Notes: a model not told the origin generated them from the sequence alone. Positions 1 through 14,676 are shown, counted from the stretch's first letter. The stretch: DNA of 64,000 nt from Zancudomyces culisetae HAW-14-8 (GCA_052426225.1 JBNJNM010000021.1:1054001-1118000), one strand, 5' to 3'. Numbers and translations are program-made.

Positions 1-1298
1 TTTGTACAAGATGTCAAAACCTGGGCTGCTACTTGCCAATCAAAATATGGAAAATACAACAATCTCACATTTTGGTTTGATTTAGATGTGGAAGTTTTTT
101 GCTGGAGGGCCATTTAATATGCCACATAAAACCAAAGTTCGCCAATAACAGAGTGATTACTGGACAAACTTGGCACATGTGTACACATATAGCAATGGTG
201 ATGAGATTTCAGGCAAGAGAAAAGCGGGATGTATGTATTTATTACAACGGTTTTGATAAAAAAAACTATAGGAGATACGCTAAACATTAAAAGTTGTTAC
301 CAGATGCACCATTCTACTATCTGATTTGTATGAACTGCCCATGTACTTCTGTTAAGAGGGTGAACACTGCTGTCCCAGTGGAACTATATACTGAACAGGT
401 TTTGATGCTCTAAATCAACTATTTGTCTACACATGCGCACTTTTAAATATAAATAAATACAATCTATACATCAATCACAAGAAGAAGAATATCGACAACA
501 TAAAATAGCGATATGTTGTTGTAGCTACACTCTGGGAGCAGTCATTTTTGATATGGGACGCAAAGTACAGAGTTAAAATGCAGATTTACTGGTGGTCATC
601 TATCATGTGGTGGGGGTTAGTTGTAGAATGGGTTTTTCAGAAAATAAAAAGTCATATCAGCAACATAACTAGCAAAAGTATTACGCAAACAATCGGTCGA
701 TATTTGTATTAGGGAATTGTAAGGATATTGATGAAGTATTCTAGAACTTATAAATGACATGAACTTTTTTTTTACGATTTATTTATATAGTGTTGAACCT
801 TTGGAAAAGCGAGTGCAAAGTCTTGCTGATAAAGAGAACCTTAGCTAAATCCATGGTAGCAATATAAATGAGGCTAAAGTATTGCGTGGGGAAATTCGAT
901 TGAAGGCTCAAATAGCAATTCATATAATCACCATATTTTTAATTTGCGAAGAGGATCATAGAAAAAATGTCAAAATGAGCAATTAGCGACCCGAGATGGG
1001 ATATAACTTGAAAAGATGGGATATAACTAAATAAGCTGCTTAGCAACATGGGGCAAATAGGCAAAGAAAAAAATTTTTTTACCTTGGAATTTTCTGGACT
1101 CTAATACCAAATTCCAAACATTTAAAACAATAGACAAACCAATTAGGAGAGCAAAATGCAAAAAATGTGAATCGAAATAAATGACAGGAAAAGAGCAAGT
1201 ATGGGAAAAGCTGGAAAAGTATGCACAGGAGATGAAATTAGAATTGGATATCTAAAGAAAATGTAAAAAAATCCTCAGAAAATCAACAAACCTTACAA

Positions 1299-3716
1299 AT
1301 GTCAGTTGTGTATTGCTTTATTTTTTATATTGTTGGGCCAGCTATATATTTGAATTAAAATAGTAATCAGATCTGAATAAGCATATAAATAAATATATAG
1401 CCGATTCATTTAAAAAAAAATCTGAAAAGTAAACAACCGAAAAATAAAAAGGGATAAAAATGAGTCTCGAAGAAAAAATGAGCCAAGTAAAGGTAGATTC
1501 TGCCAAACCAGCCAAAAAGAAGGCAGCTAAGGGAGGAGCCAGCCAAAACCTTGTCGTAAGTAGAATCAGAGTATATAGTGATTATTGCAATAATAAAACT
1601 CCAAAACGTAATGACAATAAAGATTAAACCTAAAACTAATAAATAGTTGGTAGAGAGGCCAGAATTCATCGACAGAAGAATTGAAATATTTGAAAAATTG
1701 AAAAAGATCCAGGACGAAGAAATAGCTTCAAGACCCAGAGTTCCAATCAAAATAACTTTGGCAGATGGCAGCGTTCGGGACGGAGTGTCATATGAAACCA
1801 CACCAATGGATATTGCCAAATCAATTTCGGTGTCACTTGCCAAACGATTGGTTATAGCAAAAGTTAATGGAGAATTGTGGGATACTCTGAGGGCATTTGA
1901 ACAGGACAGCACCTTGGAGCTACTGGACTTTGAGAGCAACGAGGGTAAGAAGGTCTACTGGCACTCAAGCGCACACGTTCTTGGAGAGGCAGCTGAATTG
2001 CGATTCGGATGTAGTTTGTGTATTGGTCCACCAATCGAAGAGGGCTTCTATTATGAATTTGGATTGCCAGAAACACACGAAGGAGGTGTCTCTGAGGCAG
2101 ACTATGCGCCACTTGTATCTTTGGCACAGAAAGCGATCAAAGAGAAGCAGCCATTTGAAAGATTGATTGTAACTAAAGAGCAATTGTTGGACATGTTTGC
2201 ATACAACAAATACAAGGTACAGCTGATCAGCTCAAAGATTCCTGATGGGGAAAAGACCACAGTCTATCGTTGCGGACCATTGATCGATCTTTGCAGAGGC
2301 CCACATGTTCCAGACACAGGAAGAATTGGTTCTTTCATGATTACCAAAAACTCAGCATCTTATTTCCTAGGAGATGCGGCCAACGACTCGCTACAGAGAA
2401 TGTACGGAATCTCGTTCCCAGACAAGAAGCAGATGGCTGAGTACCTAAAGTTTTTGGAAGAGGCCAAACGACGTGACCACCGTAAAATCGGTAGAGAACA
2501 AGAGCTGTTCTATTTCAGCGAATTGAGTCCCGGTTCAGCATTTTTCCTTCCACATGGCACCCGCATCTACAATGCGCTAGTTGGCTATATCCGCGAGTTG
2601 TACTGGGAACACGGTTTCCAAGAAGTCATGAGTCCAAACATGTTCAACTCCAAGCTCTGGGAGCAGTCTGGTCACTGGCAAAACTACCGCGATGATATGT
2701 TTTTGCTTGACGTCGACAAAGAACAGTTTGCGCTCAAACCAATGAACTGTCCAGGCCATTGTTTGCTTTTCGACATGCGTGAGCGCTCATACCGTGAGCT
2801 TCCTCTACGGTTTGCCGATTTTGGAGTGTTGCATCGCAATGAAGCATCAGGAGCCCTCACTGGTTTGACTAGAGTGCGCCGATTCCAGCAAGACGATGCC
2901 CACATTTTCTGTGCTCCCAACCAAGTAGAAAGCGAAATCTTGGGTCAGCTGCAGTTCCTGCGAAAGGTTTACGACGTCTTTGGCTTTACTTTTGAACTTG
3001 TTTTGTCTACCCGCCCCGAAAACTATGTTGGTGAAATTGCAATTTGGGACGATGCTGAAAGGCAACTGGCCAGTGCCATGGATACATTCGGTTCCAAGTG
3101 GGAATTCAACCCCGGCGACGGTGCCTTCTACGGACCAAAGATCGACATCACCATTCGCGATGCCCTCAACCGCCGTCATCAGTGCGCCACAATTCAACTC
3201 GACTTCCAGCTCCCCATCCGCTTCAATCTGCAGTACAGAGCCCCTGCTGATGCGGCCGCAGAATCCGACCCCGCCATTTCTTCCTCTCTACTGCGCCCCG
3301 TCATTGTTCACAGAGCGATTCTCGGTTCCGTCGAGCGTATGATTGCTATTCTTATTGAAAACTTTGCCGGAAAATGGCCATTCTGGCTCTCCCCACGCCA
3401 AATCATGGTTGTTCCTATCTCACCAAACTTTAACGACTACGCCGAGCTCGTTCGTTCTTCTCTTCATGCCGCCTCTTTCTATGTTGAGGTCGACTTGTCT
3501 GGTCTCACTCTTAACAAAAAGATTAGAAACGCCCAGCTTGCCCAGTACAACCTTATTTGTGTCGTAGGTGCCCAAGAACAAGCCGAACGTTCTGTCAATG
3601 TCCGATCCCGTGATGACGCTGATAGTGCTAGAGGAAGCACCATTACCCTTGATGACTTTATCGAAAAGGCTAAGCAGCTAAGAGATTCCAAACAGATTTC
3701 AAATTCTTTTAATTAG
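1299..3716 (+). CDS. THS1: Cytosolic threonyl-tRNA synthetase. Main exon 1647-3716; upstream exon 1497-1555; tentative micro-exons 1299-1307 and 1401-1428
   Basis: TGS domain, editing motifs HSSAH and DLCRGPH, catalytic [39 protein letters not shown], anticodon-binding domain. Intron 1556-1646 reads GTAAGT...ACTAAT...TAG. The start and first two exons are a tentative in-frame model. Confidence 0.95.
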
Positions 3717-4104
3717 TCTATCTTTTCTTGTTATATTCTTCCTCTCTATACTATTCAACATATTATTTTTCTTTACCTTATTAAAATATCATTAAACTGA
3801 TTTTCAACATTATCTTTCAAAGTAATGTGGTTTGATAGCACCAAGCCCCAGTAATTCCACTTTGGTTCTATTATTTGTTACCTATTCAATTTAACACGCC
3901 TCCCCCCTCCCATATTTACAATTTTATTTTATTTTATTTGTCTGTTTTGATGTCAATTGATATATGATATTTTACAACTATAAAAACAAGTTCGAGGGCA
4001 TAGAAACGATAAAGCGCTATACAGTAAACAAAAAAAAAAGCTTTCCCAGAGCACTAAGGTCAACATAACAATGCTACTCGCAGAATTTTTGAACTCCTTG
4101 GCAA

Positions 4105-6812
4105 TTAAGCAACTTTAAAATTTTTTAAAACACCATCGCTACTACTATTAACCACATTTCCAACACTTGTCTTGCTCTTTTTTGTTTGCAGTATTTTTCC
4201 TAGCTCGTAGGAGCCCTTTTTATCAATAGTATCTAGTCTTAGATTTTGTAATACCGGTGTTGGAAAGTCATCGAACCCTACGCCTAACTCGTGTTGTTCA
4301 AGCTGGTTTTTATCATCCTGAGTGTCTGTACTGTGGTTAACAAAGCTTTCGTTGCTGGAAGAGCTCACGTTACTATTATTTTCCATATACTCCATATCGG
4401 TAAAGAACCCTGATGTCCCTTGCGTATCCATTTGCTTGTTTATCTGCTCCGAATCCTCACCTACTATTTTCTCAGCTTTACCTTTAGATTCCGCCCTCCG
4501 AACGCTTTGTTTCATTGGTGATCTTGGGCCAGAAAATGTATCTTTTATTTTTGAGATACTTTTATTCAAAATCGCGGGTTGCAGTTTCTGAATTCCTGAA
4601 CTGCTATTTATGCCGACCCTGCTCCCGTTGGTTGCGATACTTTCGTCATTTATCTTGAGAATGGTGCTAATGTTTGAACTACTATTATCGAACGTCACAT
4701 TCGCTTGAGTTTCTTTGTCACTCGGAATCTCTCGGGATTTTGTATTGAGCCCATTGTATTCTTGACGCGAGTCTACAAGACCAAGATGCATGGGCTTTTT
4801 TTCATATTGGCCTCCGTTTCCAATAGGGGCTGTGTTAGTATTTTTAAAAGTGTACACAAGTCCATGGTTCAGGTTAGTACACATAACACTTTTCTTATCA
4901 TCCACTCCTGTTGCATTGTTTGTTTTTATCCGCGTTGAACTATAATCTCTTTTGTAAGACTCGGATTTGATAGTTTTTGACATTGGACTATTTTCAACAC
5001 TTTCGTTTACAGAGTTCCCATCGCTATTAATTCGTGATGCTTCTAGATTTGTCCATGCGTTCGGTAGCTGGAGGGGCGGTGTACGAAACAAGCATGCTAA
5101 CGGGAATGTTCCCTCTTCATCAGTGTTTGTGTTTTTGCCTACCGCCCACCCATCATCAAATGCTATCTGCACCAACACTTTTTCACCAACTTTTAATCCT
5201 ATTTCGTCTTCGCGATTTGCAAAAAACGTGCTGTGTACTTCTCTAGGTTTGCCTACACATTCCAAAAACATGTCAACAAAATCATATTCCAGAGTCTTTT
5301 CGTTTGAATCCACGTTTTTGAGGTCCACACCCTTTGTACTATCCAAATAGCCAATACCACCTTTTAACATTTTTTCTTGCGCTCCACTGTAATTAAAAGC
5401 ATTGTCAGTACCTCCCAGTACTGGCTTTTTTCCCCACATGTATAAGCGGTTTAACATTTTGTTGTTCTTTCCACCACCCCACCGGCGAAGTAGCCACATG
5501 AGGATCAATAAAAAAACTAAAAGCCCTAGAAACACTCCCAGTACAATTGTTGCATCTCTATAACCCTTGGCGTTCTTGTCTTGGTTACCTTCCAAGTCTT
5601 CTGTTTCAGTTCCTCTATTTTTTATGTTTGCTTTGGGTATACTGCTTTTACTTTTACGTTTTCCAAGGACTTCGCCATTAAAAAATGAATCAGAAAGGCT
5701 GTGCAAATCTGCTTGAGCGCATTCAGACCTGAATTCTTCGGAGTATTTGCAATAACTGCACCAGTCTTCCACATACCGATATCCTAATATCCATTATACG
5801 CAATGTTAGTTGCATTAGTAAAAAAAAAATAGTGATAATGAACTTGACCTAAATACTATGCTCTCATCACCTACTCCATGCACCACCCTTTTCGTTGAAT
5901 TGTATAAAAAAATACCGACGTTATGGATCTAAAAGGTAAAATTATTTTTATCGTATGGCTTACCACATGTGTCCACTTCAATTTCATCACCAGATACGCA
6001 ATTGTCTACCCCATTCAACGGATACACTTTACAAGTATCATAGAATCCCTTCATTGCCAAGTCTATACCAAGTGTGTTTGTCGACTGACATAGAGTCGTG
6101 TTTTTCGCTATGGTGCTTAAGCTATCAACCCAATCCATGCATGTCTTCATGCAAAGTGGTTTAGGGGTAACAAAGCCTTGTCTTTTACTAAATATAGTTT
6201 TTTTATGTCTTGTTTCCCTCTTTTTGAGGGATGCATCCTCGTTTGTTTGGCCATCTTGATTTTTTTTAGATTCATCGTCCGCTTTTTGATCAAAAGAAAC
6301 TGGTTTTATTGCATCTTTTCCTAAATAACATTGACGAATGTTTTTTGCACTGCCAATTAGAGTAGAACATAACACACTTCGTCTATACTTTATTATAGAT
6401 AACCCCAAATCTGGTCGTTCCGAATCTTGGCTGGGTTTGTACCCCTCACATCGCATAAAAACCTGAAATTGATCGATATCTCTTTGACTTCCTATATATT
6501 TCAACAGAGCCGTGTCAAACGCCTTGACATCGTTTTCTGGATACCATGTAAATAAATCTACAGACCTTGTGCTAACAAAGTCGTCTTTATAACCAGGACA
6601 TGCCTGTGAATCTATAAGTAGACACGTATATTAAAATGTGCTAAATTCTGCAAGCAAGTCAAGTAATGTAAAAGGTAAAAGATAAATAAAAATAAAAATA
6701 GAGCCATACCTTTCAATGATAAGCATTCCCCGCTTGCCATTTCTATGTATGCACTTATAAAGCTACACACAACCAAAGACCTTGCCTTTTTACTCAGTAA
6801 GCATGAATACAT
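4105..6812 (-). CDS. Single-pass membrane protein: N-terminal signal-like segment, Cys-rich ectodomain, TM helix, cytoplasmic SH3 domain, disordered tail. Exons 6812-6710, 6611-5964, 5783-4105
   Basis: GT-AG introns 6709-6612 and 5963-5784 join in frame (CLSLK/DSQACPGY and DTC/GYRYVEDWC). TM segment ATIVLGVFLGLLVFLLILMWLL. SH3 signature REDEIGLKVGEKV...FDDGWAVG...EGTFPLACL. Confidence 0.8.
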
Positions 6813-7387
6813 TTCCTTTATATGTTTTTTTCTACCTGAAGGGAAGGAATTTTGTATACTTTGGTATGATTTACTCGCTGCTTGACAATGGTTTAAATAG
6901 GAAAGGTAGGTGCAGTCTAAGGGGGTTTTTTTTTTCGTACTACTGATTTTAAAAGAGTGTAGGTTTGTATGGTAGTATCTCTAAAAGTATTGATATTCTA
7001 ATCAGTTCATACACAGGGTTGTATGTATGTGTGTGTATTACTGATTTAAATAATACGTATACCAAAAGTAGTGTGTTACGGGTATTTTTTAGCTTATAAA
7101 TACAGTAACAGCAAAATTTGCAATAGGAAAAATACAATTACTGTTAAACGAATTACCGGCCCCATTAGATATTATATATAACCGCATTGTGTGTTGATGG
7201 TATTTCAGCAAAAAAAAAGTATGATTAAACGCCATTCCTTCCTTCTACTATAGACAGTTCTATTCCATAAGTGGTAAATTGGTATCAACCAGCTGAATGT
7301 AGCATTATAATTATCATTTCTGGTCTGAACAATATAACCAGACAATTGCTTTTTTTCTCATTTTTTTAATACATCATTAATTAAGTA

Positions 7388-7487
7388 TGGGTTTGGACTT
7401 TGATTTGAATTTAAATTTAATTTGAATTCGAGTTTGGGTTTGGGTTTAAGTTTGAGTTTGGGTTAAGTTTGGGTTAAGTTTGGGTTT
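7388..7487. repeat. Degenerate low-complexity (TTTGGG/TTAAGTTTGGG)n tract
   Basis: Visible tandem degenerate units in intergenic DNA. Confidence 0.6.
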
Positions 7488-8644
7488 ACACTGACCGTAA
7501 AAAAGTGAACAAGTTACCGAGGTATATAAAAAAAATAGAGTGCGAAGAAAAGTGTTATGGTGCGGGTGAAATGGGCATACAGGTGAAAAAATCAACTGGC
7601 ATTTGTGTTTGTGGGTCTTGAGTCTTCTTATTATGAATCTATTGTTATGTTATTTTTTTAATTCTTGTATCTTTCCTGGTTAGACTGAGAATACCTGGTA
7701 TACTAAACTACTGATTATTCTATGTATCAAACACTTCCAAAGGTAGTGGTAAATACAAGTTAAAGCGTAGACATAATGTGTTAAGCCTCAGAAAAATTAA
7801 ATTGCCTTGATAGCATAACCTCTTTTGCTATAAAAAGAAAGGACAAGACATTACAAACGAACAATACCATTAATCAAAGAAATACTATAGCACAATAGTA
7901 ATGAGGCATAATAGATAAAAACCAAAGAAATTGTCTTTTTCGGGTTTTGGTAATTGAATAAAGGCTTTAGTACACAGCATACATGTATACCATATAGTTG
8001 GGTAATGTTTGGCTATAATTATTATATTAGTGGATACAAGTGGAGATGATATTTAAATAGATCACAAGTATCATATCTGGATTGTTTTTGGTCGACAAAA
8101 AAAATTTTATTGAGTTTGTATATTTTGAATTGGAGTTTTAATTGTCTAATTCTCTTTTTTTTTACAAAGATAATATAAATATGAAGCTGAACCACAATCA
8201 AAAGCCTCATTTTCAACAATGTACCTTATTATACCTTAGTTCCGAAGTTCTAATTATTCACAATATTAACAAGGCCAAATTGCAAAAAAAAAAAAGAGGT
8301 TCAAGCATATTTTTAGATTTGTTTAGTAAACGGAAACCAACCCAGAGTGATGAAAGCTCAAAGGCTGTTTATTTTCCAGCAAGAGAGAGGAAATAAAAAA
8401 AAGAGGCTGGGAGAAAACATTCCAATTTAAAGATAACATAAAATATACACATGTTAATAACAATTTTTTGCATTTGGAGGTAGGTTCCCCCCAAGTTTTG
8501 CTAAAAAAAAAAAAGTGCTAGAGTACTTTAAATATAATTGGAATCTACAAGCTATACATATCTTTGATGAAAAAAGTATATTCAAATTGGCTAAAAGTCT
8601 AAGGTAATATATCACACATTCTCTAACCCATCTTGCTAAAAATT

Positions 8645-10502
8645 TCAGTGACCGCCAATTTTAATGGTCTCTATCAATATTGTTACCAAGCCCAAAACAA
8701 TCTCAACGCCTAATATCAGTTTTATGGAGATTTTATAGCGAGCTTTAAAGTATGATATATTAAATCTTAGAACAGTAAATTAGAATTTAAACTTACCAAT
8801 GAGAATAATAACTATCCATTCGAGAAACTCACCTACATTATTGAAGTCAACTCATAGTTAAAATGGGGGGTGGTTCATTCCACTTTGAAAAAGTAAAAAA
8901 AAAATACTTACCATGATGGCCATTTAGATGATTGTTCAACATCTCTAGCAAATCGCTGATCACGGAGACGCGATGATTCAGTACCTCTATTCTCTGAGGA
9001 ATTTCCAGGTAACCTATATTTTGAAATATTAAATAAGCAACCAGTAAATATATTTTTATATAAAGCTCTTACTTCGTAGGGCATCGTAAATCGGCTGTAG
9101 ATTTGGTTCGGACCAGAATATTTCCGGAGTATCCAAGATGTTGCTTACAAGATTAACGTTTACTCTCATAATGAACAGCTATCAAATATCATTTTGGTAA
9201 AATTTTTGTTGCGTCTGAGTAGATGAGAGGGGTTCCATATTAGTATGGTAAGGGATAATGATGCTATCGGTGTTAATGTTAATAATACCATTTCCCTGAT
9301 GATAAATATAAAATATAGGTAAATACCTGTCCAATCTTTTTCGAAATCGCATTTCTACTGAGCTTTACCAATCCCGTTTTAGCCATAGTCTGCGGTATAT
9401 GTCTTGTTTGCTCAATAGAAGTTTCTACAAGTTCCTCAAATAAAGAAATCTTCGAGGATTGCGCCAATGCATGCGAAATAGACATTCTTATAAGATGGTT
9501 ATTCTGACTCCTGAGTGTAATGACGTCGTTGTATATTCTATAAACCGAATTTATAAATATAGTATTCTACCGTTTTTATCTGAAACAGCTTCAGCGTGAT
9601 ACAAATAAAGAGGAATAAGAATAAAAACATTTAATGTCTAAAGTACCTGGGTTGAGCTGAAAAATCGTAAAAAAAGTTGAAATCTTCACACTGTTGATCT
9701 TCTTCGTCCAACATTTCAAGTGCAAATTGCGATATATTGTGTAAAAACTCGTTCTCCATGGTCTCAGTCATACCCCAAAGGACTGCAACTCCATAATCAA
9801 ACAAAAAGGCTTCATTTCGTATCAGTATATCGTTTTCATGACATTCGGCTGATTTTCCTGTCGATTCGTGAAAGGTCAAGTTCGCAGATTCATCCTTGTG
9901 TTGGATTATAAAATGTTCTGGGTATGCATTTGGTAAATACAGACTATCACAACAAGGTTAAGATAATATTAGTCGTTGAACTAAACTGTAAATATAGCGT
10001 ATAGCACTTACCATTCATCATAGATCATTGATTTAGTGTTCAGTGATTTGGATAAAAACCATTTAGACATCTCTCTGATTTTGTACGAACTGGCAAAGCA
10101 ATATGCAGTTAACCTTGGAAGAGGATTCTTATCGCCTCTTTTAAATCGATTAATATCATCTTTTAATCTCGAAAATCCTTCTGGATCCTCTTCAGCGGAT
10201 AAATACCCTCTTTCCTGGGTATCAACATCAATTGGCAGTGTCTCTTTTTCGTCAGGCAACATTTTTAACTTGTGCCCGGCCTTTGTAGTTCTAAAAACTG
10301 GGCGAGGATTTTTGTTTTCATCGCTATTTCCCTCAGTTTGATATGTTCCGCTTGGTTGAAAAACAATCTCTCTTTGCAGCTTTGGTGCAACCGAGGAGGA
10401 ATCAGCGTTTCCATTTTTTCCACCAACGCTTTTTTTTAGCCCTCGCTTGGCCATTTCGGTTATTGACTGCGAATTCTTCTTAATATCTTTGTTGGTGCTC
10501 AT
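8645..10502 (-). CDS. RMD1: RMD1/RMD8 (DUF155) family protein. Exons 10502-10012, 9943-9647, 9537-9327, 9178-9073, 9013-8912, 8832-8797, 8709-8645
   Basis: Motifs RLTAYCFASSY, FLFDYGVAVLWGM, QPRIYNDVITL, SISHALAQSSKISLFEE, YLEI and HGEFLEWIVIILIGVEI; canonical GT-AG introns keep the frame. Confidence 0.88.
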
Positions 10503-12286
10503 TGGGGAATCGAGGAATTTGGGCTAGTCTTGTACAGGCAGCTGTCCATGTCAATCTAGATGCAAAGCGATCTAGGGTTTAGTCTATATGTTCAAGAGTT
10601 GAGCCTGCGTTTTGGTTCTATTTATTTTGCCATTTTTTTTTGCAAAAATTTTAGTTACCATTAGGGTGGGAAGTAAAAATGACCTGAACCTCTGGTTGGT
10701 GATAACCCAACTCTTCAAAAGTGAGAGGGGGAGAATATCATAAATAATGGATTCTACAGGTGAACAAGTTTTTCTTCTGAAATATAGACGTATTATTGGA
10801 TAAAATTCTACAAATCAACCCTAATTATGTAATACATTTTTGTTTAGTGTTTATCACAATTGGGGGGCCAAGTTGAGTTAAAAATAAAGCTCAATTTGAA
10901 AACCAAATGAAATGAGGTTTCTGTAAGAGGAAAGGCAGCAACCTTCATACTTTAGTGTTAGAGAAAAAACATTAGTATTCATCCTAGTAGGGTAAATACA
11001 TGACTATGGTTTTGGGTACAATGATCGGCATGGAAAAATGGAACAAGAGTGTTGCACAGATATAAACATATAACACCAAAACATATACCACCCAATCCTC
11101 ACAAAAATAGTGGCGCTTCAGGATGCAAAAATGACCATAGCAAAGGGCTTCTCATTTCTCAACAAGTTATTTTTTGAGGGTAGCTTTGGAGGTTGTAAAA
11201 AAAATTACAGTATGAGTTCTTAGTAATGTGCTGGTATCATATTCCTCAATATATTTATTTTCAACAATGTACATACTTGGTTTTAGGAGGAGCTGGGTAT
11301 GGCTTTTGTACACATGACCAAACGAATAAATATTAACTCATCAAAAATCCACAATCAACACATCATTAAATACACACAATGTTGGCGCAGATTACCACAG
11401 GATCGGACATTTCGTCCATTAAGTATGCTTTTCTTTTACGATTTCTTGATCCCAACCTGTAGTAATTTTGCTTGTTTTGCGTTGCCGCGGCTGAGTACAG
11501 AAGCGTCATAATATATTTCCTTCCCTTTTCATGTTTTTTAAAAAAAGAGAATAGCTAAATGAATCTTATTATTTGCATTTTAACAACATAGAAGTTATAC
11601 ATTTAAAAAAAAACTGGGGAATAGGTTTTAGGATAATAGAAAAAACCCATAATGAGGTTTGGTTGTTTAAAAGTATTGGTAAAAGCCGTCGCCAATCACA
11701 CCCTCTAGTAGAACCGTACTCCACAGATCAAGTGCAACGCATTTTCTTTCAAAAATTTGTGCATTGGCCGTAAATAATGAACGCTAGAATATAGGAGCAA
11801 AGGCTTATCTCAACAGTTACCAAACTAATAAGGCTACCTGAGGGTTTACGAACTGATTGGACAAAAAATCTATGGCTATAACTGAGATAGGGTACATTTA
11901 ATAAAAGTGCAGGGAATGTGTGGTAATATTTTAGTACAAAGGAAGCATCTTTTTTTCTATAACTATATGGCAACCAACATTGGGTTATCGCCTTCAGCAC
12001 GGTTCACCTGTGTCTATGCGCGTATAGAGAACATGAAAATTACAAATAATGTCACTAGTATTATTATTTTTAACACTAAGTTACGAGTGGATGGCTTTCA
12101 CACATGAAATACCCAGAATTGGGGAGCTTGGTGAGCATCAATTAAGATGAGTTACAAGATTTTTTTTTTAGATGAACATTATCCCAAGCACTCATACAAC
12201 CGCCCATATATAGATATGTAATAATAGTACCTTTTTATTTTCGTTGAGAATTGGCGTTTGTACGCCCTCATCTACACGGAACTCAC

Positions 12287-12674
12287 CGCCCCCTGGATTA
12301 GCAACGTGGATTTTGCTCAGCTATTTTTATTAGAAAAGAAGAGTTAATATATGGAACTGTTGTGATGCCTTTCTTTTCCTATTGAACTTACATCTTCGGC
12401 AATTATAGTGTCATCATCAGAAAGATTCCCAATACCCAGATGCACAGCGTGCTATTGTTGCATGAATTTAGTTAAATATGTATCGTCAGATCCAAATAAA
12501 TCAAGGTGTATACTCTGTATATGAATAGTGAGTCTATGTAGGGGAGAGGGGGTGGGTTGGATAAAGGGGTCTTACCGTAAAATTAGTAGGATTTCCTATC
12601 ATTGTCTTGTTTATTTTCCTCTTTGAACCTTTCGAACTCTCGTCAGATCCGAAACAGCTAGAAAATATCTTCAT
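12287..12674 (-). CDS. CDC42 small effector (SPEC/CDC42SE)-like CRIB microprotein. Exons 12674-12576, 12451-12392, 12320-~12287; 3' end unresolved
   Basis: Spliced translation MKIFSSCFGSDESSKGSKRKINKTMIGNPTNFT/HAVHLGIGNLSDDDTIIAED/LSKIHVANPGG: N-terminal Cys, basic cluster, CRIB motif IGxPxNFxHxxHxG. Donors GTAAG, acceptors TAG. Confidence 0.75.
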
Positions 12675-14619
12675 TTTATTCGCACAGGTTTCTTTATGAT
12701 ATCTTGGTTAAAATATAAGCAGAGTTTAAGTATTGTAGTCAAATTGCTAAGTAATACACTCGATTTTGAGAGGAAGGGGATAATATAAATGAAAATAAAA
12801 GGTCGAATTTATCTCTTTCGAATCCTAGTCTCAGTACTTTCTGGACTTAGTAGAATACATGAAAAATGATTTAGAGGTTTTAGAATACAACTACAAGAGA
12901 GAAGAAGCTAGTTCTAAATTCGTTTTCATTGTTTTATCTAGAAATAAACCTAGAATCTTTATTTTAACTATAAAAGTTTAGCACAGGAAATAGCCATCAA
13001 CCAGCAATTTCAGCATTAACTTTATTTAAAGCCGCATCTGGTATTTTTAAATTCTGCTTTGTTAGGGCAATCTGAGAGTATCCAATGGTTGTTAGGCATT
13101 AGGATCACAGTTTGGAAATTGTATTAAATTAATAATTAGCACGATTTTAACGCACTAATGGGCTAATAGCAACAACACCACAAAATAAAAAAATAAAAAA
13201 ATGCTTTCAAATCTGGCTCCTGGTTTGTAATTAAGCTTTGCTAATTTTAACCACATTTTATTTTCTTTGTTTTGTTTGCATTTTTGAATAAGGCGGAAAA
13301 CAGGGAACAGGATGGAGGCTGATGGCAAATAGAACAACCTAAACTGTTACAAACTTGTTGTAAAATAGTAAGAGAAGGGGGGGGGGAGTTTGTGGAAAAC
13401 TAAATGAAAACTGCAAACAGAATATTGGAACAAGTAAGTGTGAGCATAAAACCTAAAAAATAAAATGTAAAACGTAAAAAATATAAATGAAATAAAAATT
13501 CTCGTAAAACACCCTCTAACAATTTAAATAGCACCAAATCATTTTCTCTCAATTTTCGCTCGCTTTAAGGCTGCTCATATGCTAAAAACAAAAGTTGAAA
13601 GCAGCCTGTGGGTACATGAAAAAGCTCAAGTTCTGCCCCTTAACTGAACCCTTAAAGAAAATGTACTCACGTGGATAGTATCAAATGTATGGAGGAGGAT
13701 CTGCATTTTTTTTAGCTCTTGCCCGCCAAATTACATGGAACAAAAATGCTTTTAATTTACCTAGTTATGCTGGAAATAATAGACTTTGGGCTGAAAATGG
13801 CAAATCATTTATGGGAACATAAATCTCCTGATTTTTATCAAATGTTACTTGGAGCTCAGCGTTTTATTCTTGTTACAGGTATCACGAACTTACAGATAAA
13901 AAAACTGTGGAAAGTACTGTTATTTTTTGCATTTACAAGTTTTTCTCAAGAAATGCCAACAATAATAGTTTGAAAAATACACTTTTCCTATCTGTAAAGT
14001 AGCGAGAACAATTTTCAATGAAAATCTTGATAACAATGCGCTATTTAAATCTGCTCTGAAAAGTTGGGATTTTTGTGTACTATCTCTTTGCTATTGCACA
14101 AAGCCGAAGTTTAGAAAGCAATTAATTTTCTTTGCTTAAATTATGAGAGCATAGTGTTGCGTTTGAGTGATGCCATTACATAAAATAATCATTTGTATTA
14201 TTTTACAGCAAATAATCAACCACTAATATATGGTTAAGAGATGAACATTCTTATTTGCGTTCATAAAACCAGGCCAAATGTATGTGACTATGTCAGATTC
14301 AAGCAATAAAAGTCAAATTTAAGTTTGTGCTTTTTGTAAAAGTCAGACTATTTCACTACATATAACCCTAATCGGCCAACTTGAATACAGAGCCATAGCG
14401 TGATAAGTATATAGACTCACGATTGGTAAATATAAAGAAAAGCTCGGCAATAAATATATCCCTGTGATATGCTTTAAGGGTACTATCTATTAAAGCACAG
14501 TGAAGTATTTCAAAATTTAGCTATAGCTTTAAAAATCAAGTAATTAGATGTTAGATATGAAAAGTAGGTAGCAAATAGAAACAGACACTAGGATACATGA
14601 AGCTGTAATAGTGGCGGGT

Positions 14620-14676
14620 AGAGAGAGAGAAAGAGAAAGAGAAAGAGAAAGAGAAAGAGAAAGAGAAAGAGAGAAA
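14620..14676. repeat. (GA)n/(GAGAAA)n microsatellite
   Basis: Direct tandem hexamer repeat. Confidence 0.9.

Noticed and set aside
1-900. Possible Tc1/mariner relic (SIMWWG- and LAKSM-like fragments)
   Set aside because: Too degenerate; no TIRs or DDE spacing can be demonstrated.
7388-7487. Interstitial telomere
   Set aside because: Short, degenerate and not TTAGGG; treated as low complexity.
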